A DNA stretch of 63,064 bases, the filler included, from Chiloscyllium plagiosum (taxonomy: Eukaryota), in the NCBI RefSeq assembly GCF_004010195.1. It is 5 parts of one record of this genome, joined end to end, with 100 filler letters (N's around TTAATTAATTAA, not from the genome) between each part and the next. Parts side by side here need not be neighbours in the genome. Positions count along the whole stretch, not along the records: positions 19,825 to 37,475 come from NC_057710.1; 4 more parts are not named here. One strand, written 5' to 3'. This document shows, one piece after another, positions 21,860-35,169 of this stretch. The notes beneath the pieces are model-generated. The model searched no databases and was not told the origin of the DNA. It saw nothing but the letters and a program-made list of their open reading frames with translations. Position 1 is the first letter of the stretch, and every line of letters begins with the position of its first letter. The translations under genes were made by a program, and so were the position numbers.

Positions 21860-24505
21860 ACATAACATAGAACATAGAATATTACAGCGCAGCACAGGTC
21901 CTTCGGCCCTTGATGTTGGTCCTATCTGTGGAACCAATCTGAAGCCCATCTATCCTACACTGTTCCATTTTCATCCATATCCAATGACCATTTAAATGCC
22001 CTTAAAGTTGGTGAGTCTACTACTGTTGCAGGCAGTGCATTCCAAGCCCCTACTACTCTCTGAATAAAGAAACTACCTCTGACATCTGTCCTACATTTGT
22101 CACCCCTCAAATTAAAGCTACGTCCTTTCATGCTAGCTATCACATCTCTCCACCCGATCTAACCCACTGATTATTTATTATGTCATAAATAAGTCACCTC
22201 TCAACCTTCTTCTCTCTAAAAATAACAGCCTCAAGTCCCTCAGCCCTTCCTCATAAGACCTTCCTTCCATACCAGGCAACAGCCTAGTAAATCTCCTCTG
22301 CACCCTTTCCAAAGCTTTCACATTCTTCCTATAATATGGTGACCAGAACTGTACACAGTACTCCAAGTGCAGCCGCAATAGTGTTTTGCACAGCTGCAGC
22401 ATGATCTCATGGCTCCGAAACTCAGTCCCTCTACCAATAAAAGTTAACACAACTTCTTAACAACCCTATCAACATGGGTGGCAACTTTCAGGGATCTATG
22501 TACATGAACACCTAGATCTCTCTTCTCATCTACACTACCAAGAAAATTACCATTAGCCCAATACTTTTTCTTCCTGTTGCACCTTCCAAAGTGAATCACC
22601 TCACACTTTTCCCCATTAAACTCCACTTTCCAGTTCTGCAGCTTATCCATGTCCTTCTGTAACCTGCAACATCCTTCAGCTCTATCCACAACTCCACCGA
22701 CCTTAATGACATCCGTATATTTACTAACCCATCCTTCTACACCCTCATCAAGGTCATTTATAAAAATGACAAATAGCAGGGGCCCCAAAACAGATCCTTG
22801 TGGTACGCCATTAGTAACGGAACTCCAGGGTGAACATTTCCCATCAACCACCACCCTCTGTCTTCTTTCAGCTAGCCAACTTCTAATCCAAATTGCAAAA
22901 TCACCCTCAATCCCAGGCCTCCGTACTTTGTGCAATAGCCTACAGTGGGGAACCTTATCAAGTGCCTTACTGAAATCCATATACACCACATCAATCCACA
23001 TTTTACCCTCAATCATCTGTTTGGTCACCATCTCGAAGAATTCAATAAGGTTCTTGAGACACAATCTACCCTTCCCAAAAGCATGTTGACTATCCTAATC
23101 AACTTATTCCTCTCTAGATGATTATAAATCCTATCTCTTCTAAACTTTTCCAGCACTTTATCCACAACCAAAGTAATGCTCACTGGTCTATAATTTCCAG
23201 GGTTGTCCCTACTCCCCTTTTTGAACAAGAGAACAAATTTGCTATCCTCCAGTCTTCTGGCACAATTCCTGTTGACTTTGACGACATAAAGATCAAAGCC
23301 AAAGGCTCGGCAATCTCGTCCCTGGCTTCCCAGAGAATCGAGGACAAATCTCATCCAGCCCAGGGAACTTATCTATCTTCACACTTTCCTGAATTGCTGA
23401 CACCACCTCCTTACGAACGTCAATCCTGACTAATCTAGTTCCTCTATCTCAGTATTCTCCTCGACAACATTGTCTTTTCCAGTGTGATTACTGTCCAAAA
23501 ATATTCATTTTGCGCTTCCCCTATCTCCTCTGACTCCACGCACAACTTCTCACTACTGGCCTTAATTTGCCCAAATCTTTCTCTAAGCATTTTTTTATTC
23601 CTGATATACTTTTAGAAAGCTTTAGGGTTTTTCTTGATCCTACTTGCCAACGACTTCTCATGTCCCCTCCTGGCTCTTCTTAGCTCTCTCTTTAGATCTT
23701 TCCTGGCTAACTTGTAACTCTGAAGTGCACTAACTGAGCCTTCATGTCTCATCCTAACATAAGCAATCCTCTTCCTCTTAGAACACAGAACATGGAACAT
23801 ACAAAAGTACAGCACAGAAGGCCCTTTGGCCCACAATGTTGTTCCGAGGATCGATCCTAATGAAAAATAAAATAACCTAACCTACCCACCCTCAATTCAC
23901 TGCTATCCATGTGCATGTCCAGCAGTCGCTTAAATGTCCCTAATGACTCTGTTTCCACCACCACCACTGGCAATGCATTCCATATATTCACAACTCTCTA
24001 CGTAAAGAATCTTCTTCTGACATCTCCTCTATACCTTTCTCCTAATATCTTAAAACTATGACCCTTCATGCCAGTTAATCTGCCCTGGGGAAAAGTCTCT
24101 GGCTATTGACTCTATCTATGCCCCTCATTATCTTGTATACCTCGATCAGGTCACCTCTCTTTCTCCTTCTCTCCAGAAAGAAAAGTCCGAGCTTAGTCAA
24201 CCTCTTTTTGTAAGACAAGCCCTCCTAATCCTTCTTGCCAAGCTTTTATCGTGCCCCCTCCTGGCTCTCCTCAGTCCATTTCTGAGCTCCTTTCTAGCAA
24301 GCCTGTAATCCTCTAAAGCTGTGCTAGATCCTTGCTTCCTCCACCTTACATAAGCTGCCTTCTTCCTTTTGACGAGAAGCTCCTTTGTTCTCGTCATCCA
24401 AAGTTCCTTAATCTTACCCCTTGACAAGAAATTCAACTTTTTTAGTAAACCATGGCTCCCTTGCTTGACTACGTCCTCCCTGACTGACAGGTACATACTT
24501 ATCAA
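21860..24505 (-). mobile_element. Nested CR1 LINE fragments
   Basis: RT motifs YMDFSKALDKVPH, GVPQGSVLGPLLF.IFINDL; tails (catagaa)n at 21860 and ~23780. Confidence 0.9.
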
Positions 24506-25185
24506 GGAAATGCAATAACGGTCCTTCAGTGACTTTTGCCTCTGGAACACAAGCACCTCACTCCTTGTCTCAGCCTTGACACTGTTACTAAAGTGCAATC
24601 GTGCCTACTTTCTTGCTGAATGATGTTCTGGCCAATAATTAATTCCCTATCAACTTCACAAACCAGAGTAACTGGTCATTCACACATTGCTGTTTTTTAG
24701 TCAGAACTTGATGGTCTCAATTTGGCTCCTACACTTCCCACTTTACAAAAGACTTTAATACATTCTTGAATTGGCTGTCGAGAGCTGTGAGGTGTCTGGT
24801 GATGAAGGAAAGTGCTTGAAAAATGCCGGTCATTGTTTTCTCATCTTTGAAGACATTCCTTAGAATCTACCTTTCTGGCCAAGCTTTTAGTCCCTTATTT
24901 TAATATCTCTTTACTGCCAGCCAACTGTGTTTGATTACAGCGCTGTAGAAACTCTTGGGTCATTTTCTTTTCAAGGTAGTTTCTGAAAGTAAGTTGTTGT
25001 TGCAGCAGTGCACAGGCCAGCCCAGTGGCAGAACATTGAAGGGACTAGGGATTGGTAAGAGTGATAGTTTATTCTCTGAGTCCTTGGCAGAGCAGAATAT
25101 CACAATATTCTTGTCATTCTGTTGAGACCCGAAGCCTGCATGAAGAGCTGAGCAGACGAATTCACAACTGGGACTGGGATGGCAG

Positions 25186-25312
25186 TTTCCTGATGAAGGG
25201 CTTTTGCCCCAAACGTCGATTTTTCTGCTTCTCAGGTGCTGCCTGACCTGCTGTGCTTTTTCAGCACAACGCTTTTGACTCTAACCTCCAGTATATGCAG
25301 TATTCACTTTTG
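25186..25312 (+). mobile_element. Penelope terminus remnant with mutated hammerhead core
   Basis: cctgatgaagggcttttgccccaaacgtcg (GAAA to CAAA). Confidence 0.7.
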
Positions 25313-28300
25313 CCTGCCAGTTTTATCACTGAGTCCTTTGTCTTGTATTGCAAAATTACAAGATAAGTCGAGTAGAGGGAAATTGAGTAGCTTCCATTTC
25401 TCCACCTGGTCAATGATCTGGTGTTCAATGTCCCTGGGTGAGCCAGTGGTTGATGAGGGGAGGGGGTCTTCCTTTCTTTGCAGAGAACCTATGAAAAGAC
25501 TCAACTTAGAGGCCCCCATCACCTACCCCAGATGAAAACATGATACCTAGCATTGGAATGAGACCTGAGAGGCAACTCTGGACCTTCCTATCCTAACACA
25601 ACATTGGAATCACCCATATATCTACCAATGGCTGAGAACAATGCCATCAGTGTAAAACGCAGATATGGAACATGCTGATGATTGAGACTTGGGAGACATC
25701 AAAGTTGGGACAATAAGAATCGGAGATGAAAGATTGCATAACAATCTGCCACTCTATATACACTACATTTGCCAAATGAATCTTCCCAAAGCATTCAGGG
25801 GAGAGGAGGAGGTGGGGGATGATAAAATGCAGTAAATCCAGACTGCCGTCTTTAAGTGAAGAGAAGAGATAATTTGACAGGAAAAGCATTAAGGCAGCAA
25901 CTAACTACAGATTTGTTTTGTACGTGGCTTAAATACCACCATCCGGTAGAGAGAAGGTGCAGTGTTCTTGACATTATTTTGCCATTTGTCACTATGTGCA
26001 GCTATGACAAATGTGTGACTTTATGACATTTTGCTCTTTCCCAGACAGATTGATGGCACACCATTGACTGCACACAAAACTGATGGTACTGTAACACCAT
26101 TTTAATTATGCTGAATTAGTTATTAATTTTCTTCAGACAGCGACAGGAACCAGCCAGCTGTCTCAGATTATGATCATTCACCTTTTCCCTCAGTCATTTT
26201 CACCCCACCTCAGCCTCCCCCTCAGCCACTAACTCCTTGCTGATGAAAGGTGCCTGTGTTCCATTAAACTACATTAAATTTTCACACTGCCACTCACAAC
26301 TTCAGGATATCCTAAAGCAACTTGCAAGCAATGAAAAAAATTACGAAGTGAAATTCAGGGCGCGTTTACCTCCAGACTCATCTCTATTTCATTTAACAAT
26401 TTGGCCAGACCCCTAAAAATACCACCTTCTCACACGGGGTGTAGGTGCCTGAACCATCAGTGGTGCCTATAGGGATCCCAGATGGGAATAAAAGTAGGGA
26501 ATGATCAAGTGGTGCAGTGATCAGTGTCCCTACCTCAGAGCCAGGGGGCCTCGGTTCAAACCCCATCGGCTGTGTGTCATGCTATCTCTGAACAGACTGA
26601 TTCCAGAATGTGAAAGGAGACTTCTAATGAATAGTAACCAGACCTGCTGAACAATTACTGCTTCAGATCTCCAGTGTCTGCAGTTCTGTGTTTCATAAAA
26701 GGAGGGTGGTGCTGGTTAGGATCCAGAAAGGGAATTCAGCAAATGTGTACCTAAAATGGTCAGTTAGCTCAGTTGACTGGACAACTGCTTTGTGATGTAG
26801 AGTGTTACCAACATCCCACACTAGCTAAGGTTCCCATGAAGGACCATTCTCCTAGCTTGAGTCATGGTGACCTTCAGGTTAAATTGACACTCGTCACCTC
26901 TCTCATGGTGACTTTACCTTTTACCCAGAGGGAAAAACCAATATAACTTGGAAATCAAATACAGCTCCTCCATTTTGGAGCATTGAAGAGGAATTGGATC
27001 AATATGCCTCATTTGTTGATTTTACTATTTGTTTCTTATAGGCAGGAACGGAACCTGCTGAAACGGAGCTGGAGGCAGATCCAGCCGTGATTTTCTGGAG
27101 GGAATTGGGTATGTGTGTGAAGAGAACAGGTTTATCAGGCTGTGAGAAAAGACTGATTTGATTTGATTTGTTGTCACATGTACCAAATTACAGTGAAAAA
27201 CTTTGTTTTGCAAGCAGTACAAGCAGATCGTAGCAAGCAAAGATGAACAGATTATCGGGTGCTTAGACAGAGCAAGGCATATGGGATACACGGCACAGGA
27301 GATGCACACAGCAAGATGACCATTAACAATGTCAACATTATTTGAAGTTAGTGGGTCCATTCATCCTGGAGTCATAGAGTCATAGAGATATACAGCACGC
27401 AACAGAGCCTTCGGTCCAACTCATCCATGCTGACCAGACATCCTAGATAAATCTAGTCTCATTTGCCAGCATTTAGCCCATATTCCTGTAAACCCTTCCA
27501 ATCATATACCCATCCAGATGCCTTTTAAATGTTATAATTGTACCAGCTGCCACCACTTTCTCTGTCAGCTCATTCCATATATGCACCACCCTCTACGTGA
27601 AAAAGTTGCCCCTTAGGTCCCTTTTAAAGCTTTCCCCTCACATTCTGACCCTATGCCCTCTAGTTCTGGACTCCCCACCCAAGCAAAAAGACCTTGTCTG
27701 TTTACCCTATCCATGCCCCGTAACAGCTGGGAAGAAGCTGTTCCTGAACCTGCTGGTATGTATGTTCAAGCTTCTGAATCTTCTGCCTGATGGAAGAAGT
27801 TGTAGGAGAGCATTACCAGGGTGGGAGGGGCCTCTGATGATGCTGGCAGCCTTTCCATGGCAACAAGAAATGTAAATGGAGTCCATAGATGGTGTGAGCT
27901 GTGCACACAACTTTCCATAGTTTCTTACGGTCCTGGGCAGAGACACTGCTGTACCAGGCCATTATGCTTTCTATGGTACATCTGTAGAAGTTGGTGAGGG
28001 TCTTTATGGACATGCCGAATTTCCTGAGCTGCCTGAGGAAGGAGAGATATTGTGGTGCCTTCGTGACCATTGCATCTCTGTGGGAAGTCCAGGGCAGGTT
28101 ATCGGTTATCGTAACTCTGAGGAGCTTGACAGTCTCCACTCTCTCATCCTCAGCTCCATTGATGTCGATGTGGGTGTGTTCGCCTCTTTTCTTTCTGAAG
28201 TCAGTGATCAGTTCTTTAGTTTTGCCGACATTGAGAGAGAGGTTGTTCTCATTGCGCCACGTCACCAAGCCCTCTATCTCCTTTCTGTATTCTGACTCAT

Positions 28301-28341
28301 CGTTGTTAGATATCTGTTCTACCATTGTATTGTAATCAGCA

Positions 28342-28676
28342 GAGGGAGGAAGAGAGCTTCTTCAAGGAAGGCATCCTTGTAAGAGGATTCGCAGTAGGTT
28401 GAAATCTTTGAGGAGAAAGTGAGGTCTGCAGATGCTGGAGATCAGAGCTGGAAATGTGTTGCTGGAAAAGCGCAGCAGGTCAGGCAGCATCCAGGGAACA
28501 GGAGAATCGACGTTTCGGGCATAAGCCCTTCTTCAGGAAGGGCTTATTCCTGAAGAAGGGCTTATGCCCAAAACACCGATTCTCCTGTTCCCTGGATGCT
28601 GCCTGACCTGCTGCGCTTTTCCAGCAACACATTTCCAGCTCTGATCTCCAGCATCTGCAGACCTCACTTTCTCCTC
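28342..28676. mobile_element. Fold-back palindromic Penelope-terminus insertion (130-bp arms)
   Basis: Arms 28410-28539 / 28547-28676, loop gggctta; near-TSD tgtaatcagca 28331-28341 / tgtcatcagca 28679-28689. Confidence 0.92.
28509..28536 (-). ncRNA. Minimal hammerhead ribozyme core
   Basis: Minus strand CUGAAGA-A-GGGC-UUAU-GCCC-GAAAC-GUC; mirror copy at 28550-28577 is mutated. Confidence 0.75.
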
Positions 28677-31600
28677 AGTGTCATCAGCAAACATGTACAT
28701 GGCCTTCATTCAGAATTTGGTAACACAGTCGTGGGTATACAGGGGGTAGAGTAGAGGAGAAAGAGCGCTGAGGACACATCCTTGAGGGGGGGTCCAGAGT
28801 TGAGTGTTATCGTGGAGGAGATGCAGTTGTCTATCTTCAATGATTGTGGTCTGTGGGTAAGGAGGCTGAGGATCCAGTTGCAGAGGGCAGAGCCAAGACC
28901 AAGGTCACAGAGTTTTGGGGTCAGTCTGGAGGGGATAATGGTGTTGAAGGCAGAGCTGTAGTCAATGAGCAGGAGTCTGACGTAGGTGTCCTTGTTGTCC
29001 AGATGTTCTAGGGATGAGTGCAGGGCTAGGGATATGGCATCCACTGTGGACCTGTTACATTGGGAGTCAAATTGTAGGGGATCGAGAAGGCTGGGAACCT
29101 GGGGTTGATGTGGGCCATGACCAGCCTCTCGAAGCACTTCATGATTATGGAGGTCAGAGCCACTGGGTGGTAGTCATTAAGGCATGTTGTGTGTGCTTTC
29201 TCAGGTCTTCTTGAAGCATGTGGGGACTTTGGCTTGTGGGAGGGAGATGTTGAAGATGTCAGTGAATATTTCCACCAGCTGATCTGCACAGGATCTGAGT
29301 GCACGGCCAGGGATTCTATCCGGACCCGTCGCTTTTATTGGGTTGACTTCCAGGAAGAGCGATCTGATGTCTGCAGCAATGACGGAGGATGCAGGTAAGT
29401 CTGGAACTGTTGATGCAGACATCATCGTGCCACTGGCATTCTGCTCAAACTGAGTACAGAAAGCAACGAGTGCATCAAGGAGGAATGTGTCTTTGTATGC
29501 TTTCTTCCGCGGTTTCATTTTGTATCCCATTATGTTGTGTAGGCCTTGCCACAGGCATCTCTGGTAGCTTTGTGAAGATCATTTCTGGAATTTCTGTGTC
29601 GACCTGGGTCGTCGACTTAAATGCCTGGTCTTCAGTAGACAGTGGATTTCCCGGTTCATCCAAGGCTTCTGATTGGGGAACACCTGGATGAGAGAGTCGG
29701 TTCAAGTAAACTGCTTTGGCATCGAGCTGACGTGGAATCAATAGGACCAATGGCCTCCTTAGTCAGGTAAGCAAACATATCTCTTCATCCTGCACCATAT
29801 TGTAAGTCAGCATCTCAGGGAAGATCTCTAAATGATGGGGAAAAGTGGTGGATACTTGAGGTCAGGGTTCAACCTTGGACATTTACTGCTGGTGTGATAG
29901 AAATCTGTGCAGGCCTGAAATGGGGCTGACTTTCATTCACAGTATGTTAGAATTGTCTTTATACTGAAGAACGCTGATTTGCAAAGATCACTTTGATAAC
30001 TCTCACGTCTCATACAATTTACAAAAGAGAATTAATGTATCAGATTTGAAGTGACGCAAACAGCAAACATTTGTGGAATTCTAAAGGTATACATTGACGA
30101 GGTTGCTAATAACCCTATTAGTTGGTAATGAAGATAACTGAAAAGCCTTCTCACTCTTAATAAGGCAGCATTTAAACTTTTAAAAGGCAAATTACAACAG
30201 TTAAAAGGCATCTAGATGGGCAGATGAATAAGAAGAGTTTAGAGGGATATGGGCCAAGTGCTGGCAAATGGGACTCGATTAATTTAGGATATCTGGTCAG
30301 CATGGATGAGTTGAACCTAAGGGTCTGTTTCTGTGCTGTACATCTCTATTCTCTGTGACCCAAAGATTCCTTCTCTGTGACCATAGCAACAAGGACAAGG
30401 GCACATTCAAGGGCTGGCTTGATGCTCTGATCGATAAACAGTACAATAGCTTTTTGAGAGCAGACCGGTGCAATTGTGAGTTCAGTTTCATAACACGATC
30501 ATTTTACAGCCAAGAGATTGTCTGGTTGTAAATTCCTGCTTGGTGCTCATTGTGTAGAATGATAGAACATACAGCATAGAAACAGGCCCTTCAGCTCCTT
30601 CCCTCCCTGCTGGTCCAAATAAGCTCCAAATGAGCCAACCTGACTTTAGCTAATTCTGCTGATCATTTTCGCCTTTGAGTTTTAACATGCTTTTTTTTCT
30701 CTGTTTTGATTTGGTTCCACATAAATGGCCTTGGGGGGGAAATAGCTGATTGTGATCCAGTGCTCCTGCATACCTCCTACTTCACAGTTGCCACTTGATT
30801 CAAATTGACCTGTTTAATTGTGCATGGAGTGAAGCCCTGCTGAAAGAGCCCTTGATTATGTGCATTGTAAAGGATGCTTCCAATATGGTTGCATCAAAGA
30901 CACTGGCAGGATAATACTCTGCCTGGGTGGCAGGGGAATAATAGCCTGCCATTATGATGCCTGATTAAGCAACATTTGGTTTATCTGACTGCAGGAAAAT
31001 GGCCAGATGAGCTGCAATATTTTTTTTCTCTCATCGCTGCACACTCCTGTGCCTCTGCAGCATCCCTATAGCATGTCTGCACTCCAGTCAGCACAAAGAA
31101 ACAAACCGATGCCTTACCTCCCAGTGGGGAGAATTACCAAGGGCTGGCAATTCATCATTTGCAATTCTGGCTGCCAGTTGTGCACACCACATGTAGACAG
31201 GCCTGCATAGCACTGGTGGGAGTGGTGTGAGCCTTTTCTAGTCACTAATAGGCCATTTCAGGACCCATGCGGAGGTGGGGGTCAGAGGTCTGATCATGGT
31301 CCTTCACTCCCTGGCTTAATTCTTACAGAAGTTAGGATGCGAAGGTTAGGAACCACCAGTGACCCAGCTAATGAATCGCCCTTTTCACGTCTAAACGTAG
31401 CATGAGAGGGGACATAAAATTGCACACTTTGTAACTCACACAGTTATACATCCTAATACACCTCGGAGTTCTGCAATTTCTTTCAATTTAAATAAGATGC
31501 TGCATTTCTATTCTTCCTGTCTAAGTTGGATAACTTCACATTTTCCTTCATTCTGTTCCATTTGCCAAATCTTGGTCCATTCAGTTAACGTATTTGTATC

Positions 31601-34600
31601 TATAAAATCTATAGAGCAGTATAAATGTCACAGCATAGGAAGAGGCCATTCTGCTCAATTGGCTCTATCTTCCATTTTTTTTTGTTACTATTGAGGTGCG
31701 TCATGTTTTATTTGTTGCCCATGAGGCTGATCAGGTTTTGTTGCCATATCTTGCCTCGTTATGTACCTACTGCCCACCCCATGGTGTCTTCATGTCCGAT
31801 ATCTGCTCCGTCTCACCAGACACAGTTCCCAGAATAACTTGCCACTCAGCAGCATCCCAGAATTCACCAGCAACACTGGCACCTGAGCCATCTTGAAAAT
31901 CTCTCGCGAACCCGGAAAAGTTCTGTCTGTCAGAAGGCGCCCTTCATAGTTGTTGACCTTTGCCCCAGACATGGCAGATAGGGGAAATGTCTACCCCACT
32001 TTTCATCCTGCGGTAGCCTGGAGCTCATGCTGGGTTGGGCAGGACCAGCAGTGGAGGCCACAGCACTAAACCACAACTAAAAGCCAAGGTTACCACCTGT
32101 GCAAAACTGTGCACAAAACTCCAGGTATAACCTAACACTATCTTATTTGGATCCAGCATTATATTCCTGTTCCTGTATCCAACATTTCTCCCAATAAAGG
32201 AAAGCAGATAAAGTGTCTTCTTGACCGTCTTAATCTATCAGTCCTGAGATCTCGCTTCTTCGAGTCCTCGAAATATCCTTTCCTTTGAAAACTCCTTTTG
32301 TTGTCTATACAACTTACTTCCCTGCTTATCTTTATGTCATCTGCAAACATATCAACCATTCATGTGGTTCCTTCATCTAAGTTATTTATATGGACTGCAA
32401 GTGGTTCCAACCCGGAAATTATTAATTTATCCCTGCTCTCTGTTCCCTGTTAGCTAACCAATCCTCCATTTGTGTGAATCTGAAGACTATGACTCTTACT
32501 GTGTGGGGTAACCATCAATACAGCACCTTGTCAAGTATAGTCTGTAAATCCATATAAATACATCTTCAGGATCTTTTTTATCAGTGTTCTTACTTCCTCA
32601 AAGAACTCTAACAAATGAACAGCCTGGCTTTCCTTTCTCTTGTAAATAGAATCCTGACATGTGACCTAATTATGAGGATAAAAGTTCTGAAAGGTTCAAC
32701 TCAGATAGAGTAGCCCAGACAATAATTTCAACAGGATGGACTGGAGTTGTGCCTCAGGACTGAGCAGAAATCCTTATTTGGCTGTCTCTGGCGACCCCTA
32801 CTTTTTTAACCTGCTACAACCCCCTCGGCCACTCCCTCACTCACCTGACACCCTACCTTTTCGCAGCAATCGATGTTTTACACTATACATGCGGCGCACT
32901 TACTGTTGAGAAAAGGCAATATGGTTCCCACACTAATTCTATCCGCTGTTGGCTGCGAACATTCCTGGATTGATCCCTGCTGTTTTCCAACACAAGGTTC
33001 CTCGACAGGAAATTCAAGAATAAATGTTAATTAGGCACGCGCCTTTTTTTTGTCTGATCAGGGGTTGGAAAGATAACGGGAAAATCTGGGCTGTCATGGG
33101 AAAGAGAAAACCTCTTTTACTGGAGAGTGATGAGGGATTGCATCGCTCTATTACACAGAGCAGTTGAAGAGAACAGTATAAATGCTTCTTTCAAGATGGA
33201 AATGTCAAATACTATGGGGCATAGGTCTAATGTGAGGAAGAAAGTTTAAAGGAGATGCGTGAGGAAAGTGTTTTTACATAGACAGTGACAAGTGCCTGGA
33301 ACATGCATCACTTAAGATGTGTCTAGACAGATACATGAATGGGCAGGGAGCAGAGGGATACAGATCCTTAGAAAATAGGCCGCAGGTTTAGATAGAGGAT
33401 TTGGATCGGCGTAGGCTGGGAGGGCCAAAGGGCCTGCTGCTGTGCTGTAATTGTCTTTGTTCTTTGTTCAAGGGAGGTCATAGAATCCCTACAGTGGGAT
33501 GCAAGCCATTCAGCCCATCATTGCCACACTCACCTTCCAAAGAGCATCCTACTCCAGGCCCACTGCTACCCTATTGTAGTAATCCTGCATTTTTCATGCA
33601 GACACAGGGGAAATGTGCAAACTCCACACAGTTCCCAAGGTTGGAATTGAACTCAGGTTCCTGGTGCTATGAGTCAGCAGTGCTAACCACTGTACTACCC
33701 CAAGGTAGTAGGAGGTAGTCGAAGCAGATCCAATAGCAATGCTTAAGAGGCATTTAAACAGACACATGGACAGGCAGGGAATATAGGAATACAGACCATG
33801 TGCAGGCAGATGGGATTAGTTTAGAATGGTATCATGGTCAGCACAGACATAGTGAGTAGTACTTTTCTATGTTCTAAATTCTATATTACCGAATACCCCA
33901 CTAGCAACATCCTGTAGATTACCATTTTTTGGTCACTGTTTCTCTCTGAATTGCTTATGCCCTTGGTATCCAGTTTGACCTTATCCAATTCCCTGCACCA
34001 TTTATATTCCCATCAATAAGGCCAACTCTGTCACATTGTCCTTCTCCATAGAAAGCAAATCTCCCTGAAAGGTTTTCATTCTGAAGGCACCTTTTGTAAT
34101 TGTGACCTTCTCCCATCAAAACCTGAGAATAGCAGTATGGTTAGCACAGACATATGGTAGGCCGAAGAGCATGTTCCAGTGCCGTACTACCCCATGTTCT
34201 ATGAAAGCTATGAGGGTGTAAGGGATTAGCTGGTGATCTTAGAGTGTTGGGTGAGGAAAGACGAGGAAATTCAGTTGGAACCTATGCACTGGCACAAGCC
34301 GTTGGGGCTGAATGGCCTGTTTCATTGCTGTGTATTGTATGTGATTCCATGTAGCACAGGAACAAAACAGCTCAGGAAATAGTTGCTTTTGCTCTTTCAG
34401 CCTAATCTATGAAGTCATCCGTAGCAGTGAGAGAATTGTTATTTCGAATGCCTAATGGAACATTTGACCTTTAAATTATCGTTTACAACAGGGTGATAAA
34501 TGGGGATCCCTTTATGTCACTTGGGGAAAATACGACAGAAATTTCAATTGAGCAAAATTACAATTTCACAGATATTTAAAGAATTGACATTTAGTGTGCA

Positions 34601-34949
34601 GGGCCCCTTTATACTTTGACCAGAAGCCCTCTCCCTCTGTCCTCCGAACAACAACAATTTTTAGCTGTAAATCAACCGTGAAGTAATCTCCAGGAAGGAG
34701 AAACAACTCCACCACACAATACGTCCATCAGAAACCATTACACTTGATGCTCCAGTATCCAGTAGCACTGATGTGAAACGTTTTCTAGGACATTGCTACC
34801 TCCCATAATTTAGCAACGAGATTAATTTACTTGTTCTGAAATAGGATCATACATTCATGGAATAAAGCAGTTCAGATGGAGGCCATTCAGCGCACTGAGT
34901 CTGTACTGGTACTTGCTGGAACCACTCTTTCATATTGGAACAAAGCAGA

Positions 34950-35136
34950 AGAAAGTGAGGACTGCAGATGCTGATGATCAGAGTCGGGAGTGTGGTGTTG
35001 GAAAAGGACAGCCAGTCAGGCAGCATCCGAGGAGCAGGAGAGTCAACGATTTAGGCATAAGACCCTCATCAGGAATGCCTCCTGCTTCCCCAGATGCTGC
35101 CTGATCTGCTGTGCTTTTCCAGCACCACACTCCCAC
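34950..35136. mobile_element. Older, diverged Penelope-terminus palindrome
   Basis: Minus-oriented terminus 34950-35076 followed by plus-oriented partial arm ending ccagcaccacactccc. Confidence 0.7.
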
Positions 35137-35169
35137 ACTGGAGCAAGGTAGCCAGTCCAGGAAACAGGT

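Larger units (their letters stand above)
27155..29530 (-). mobile_element. Rex1/Babar LINE, interrupted by a CR1 tail (27369-27718) and a Penelope palindrome
   Basis: [31 protein letters not shown]...[41 protein letters not shown]; (caaat)n tail at 27155. Confidence 0.9.

Noticed and set aside
32712..33092. Possible MITE with agcccaga...tctgggct ends
   Set aside because: Only 8 bp of inverted match, no convincing TSD and no second copy in the window
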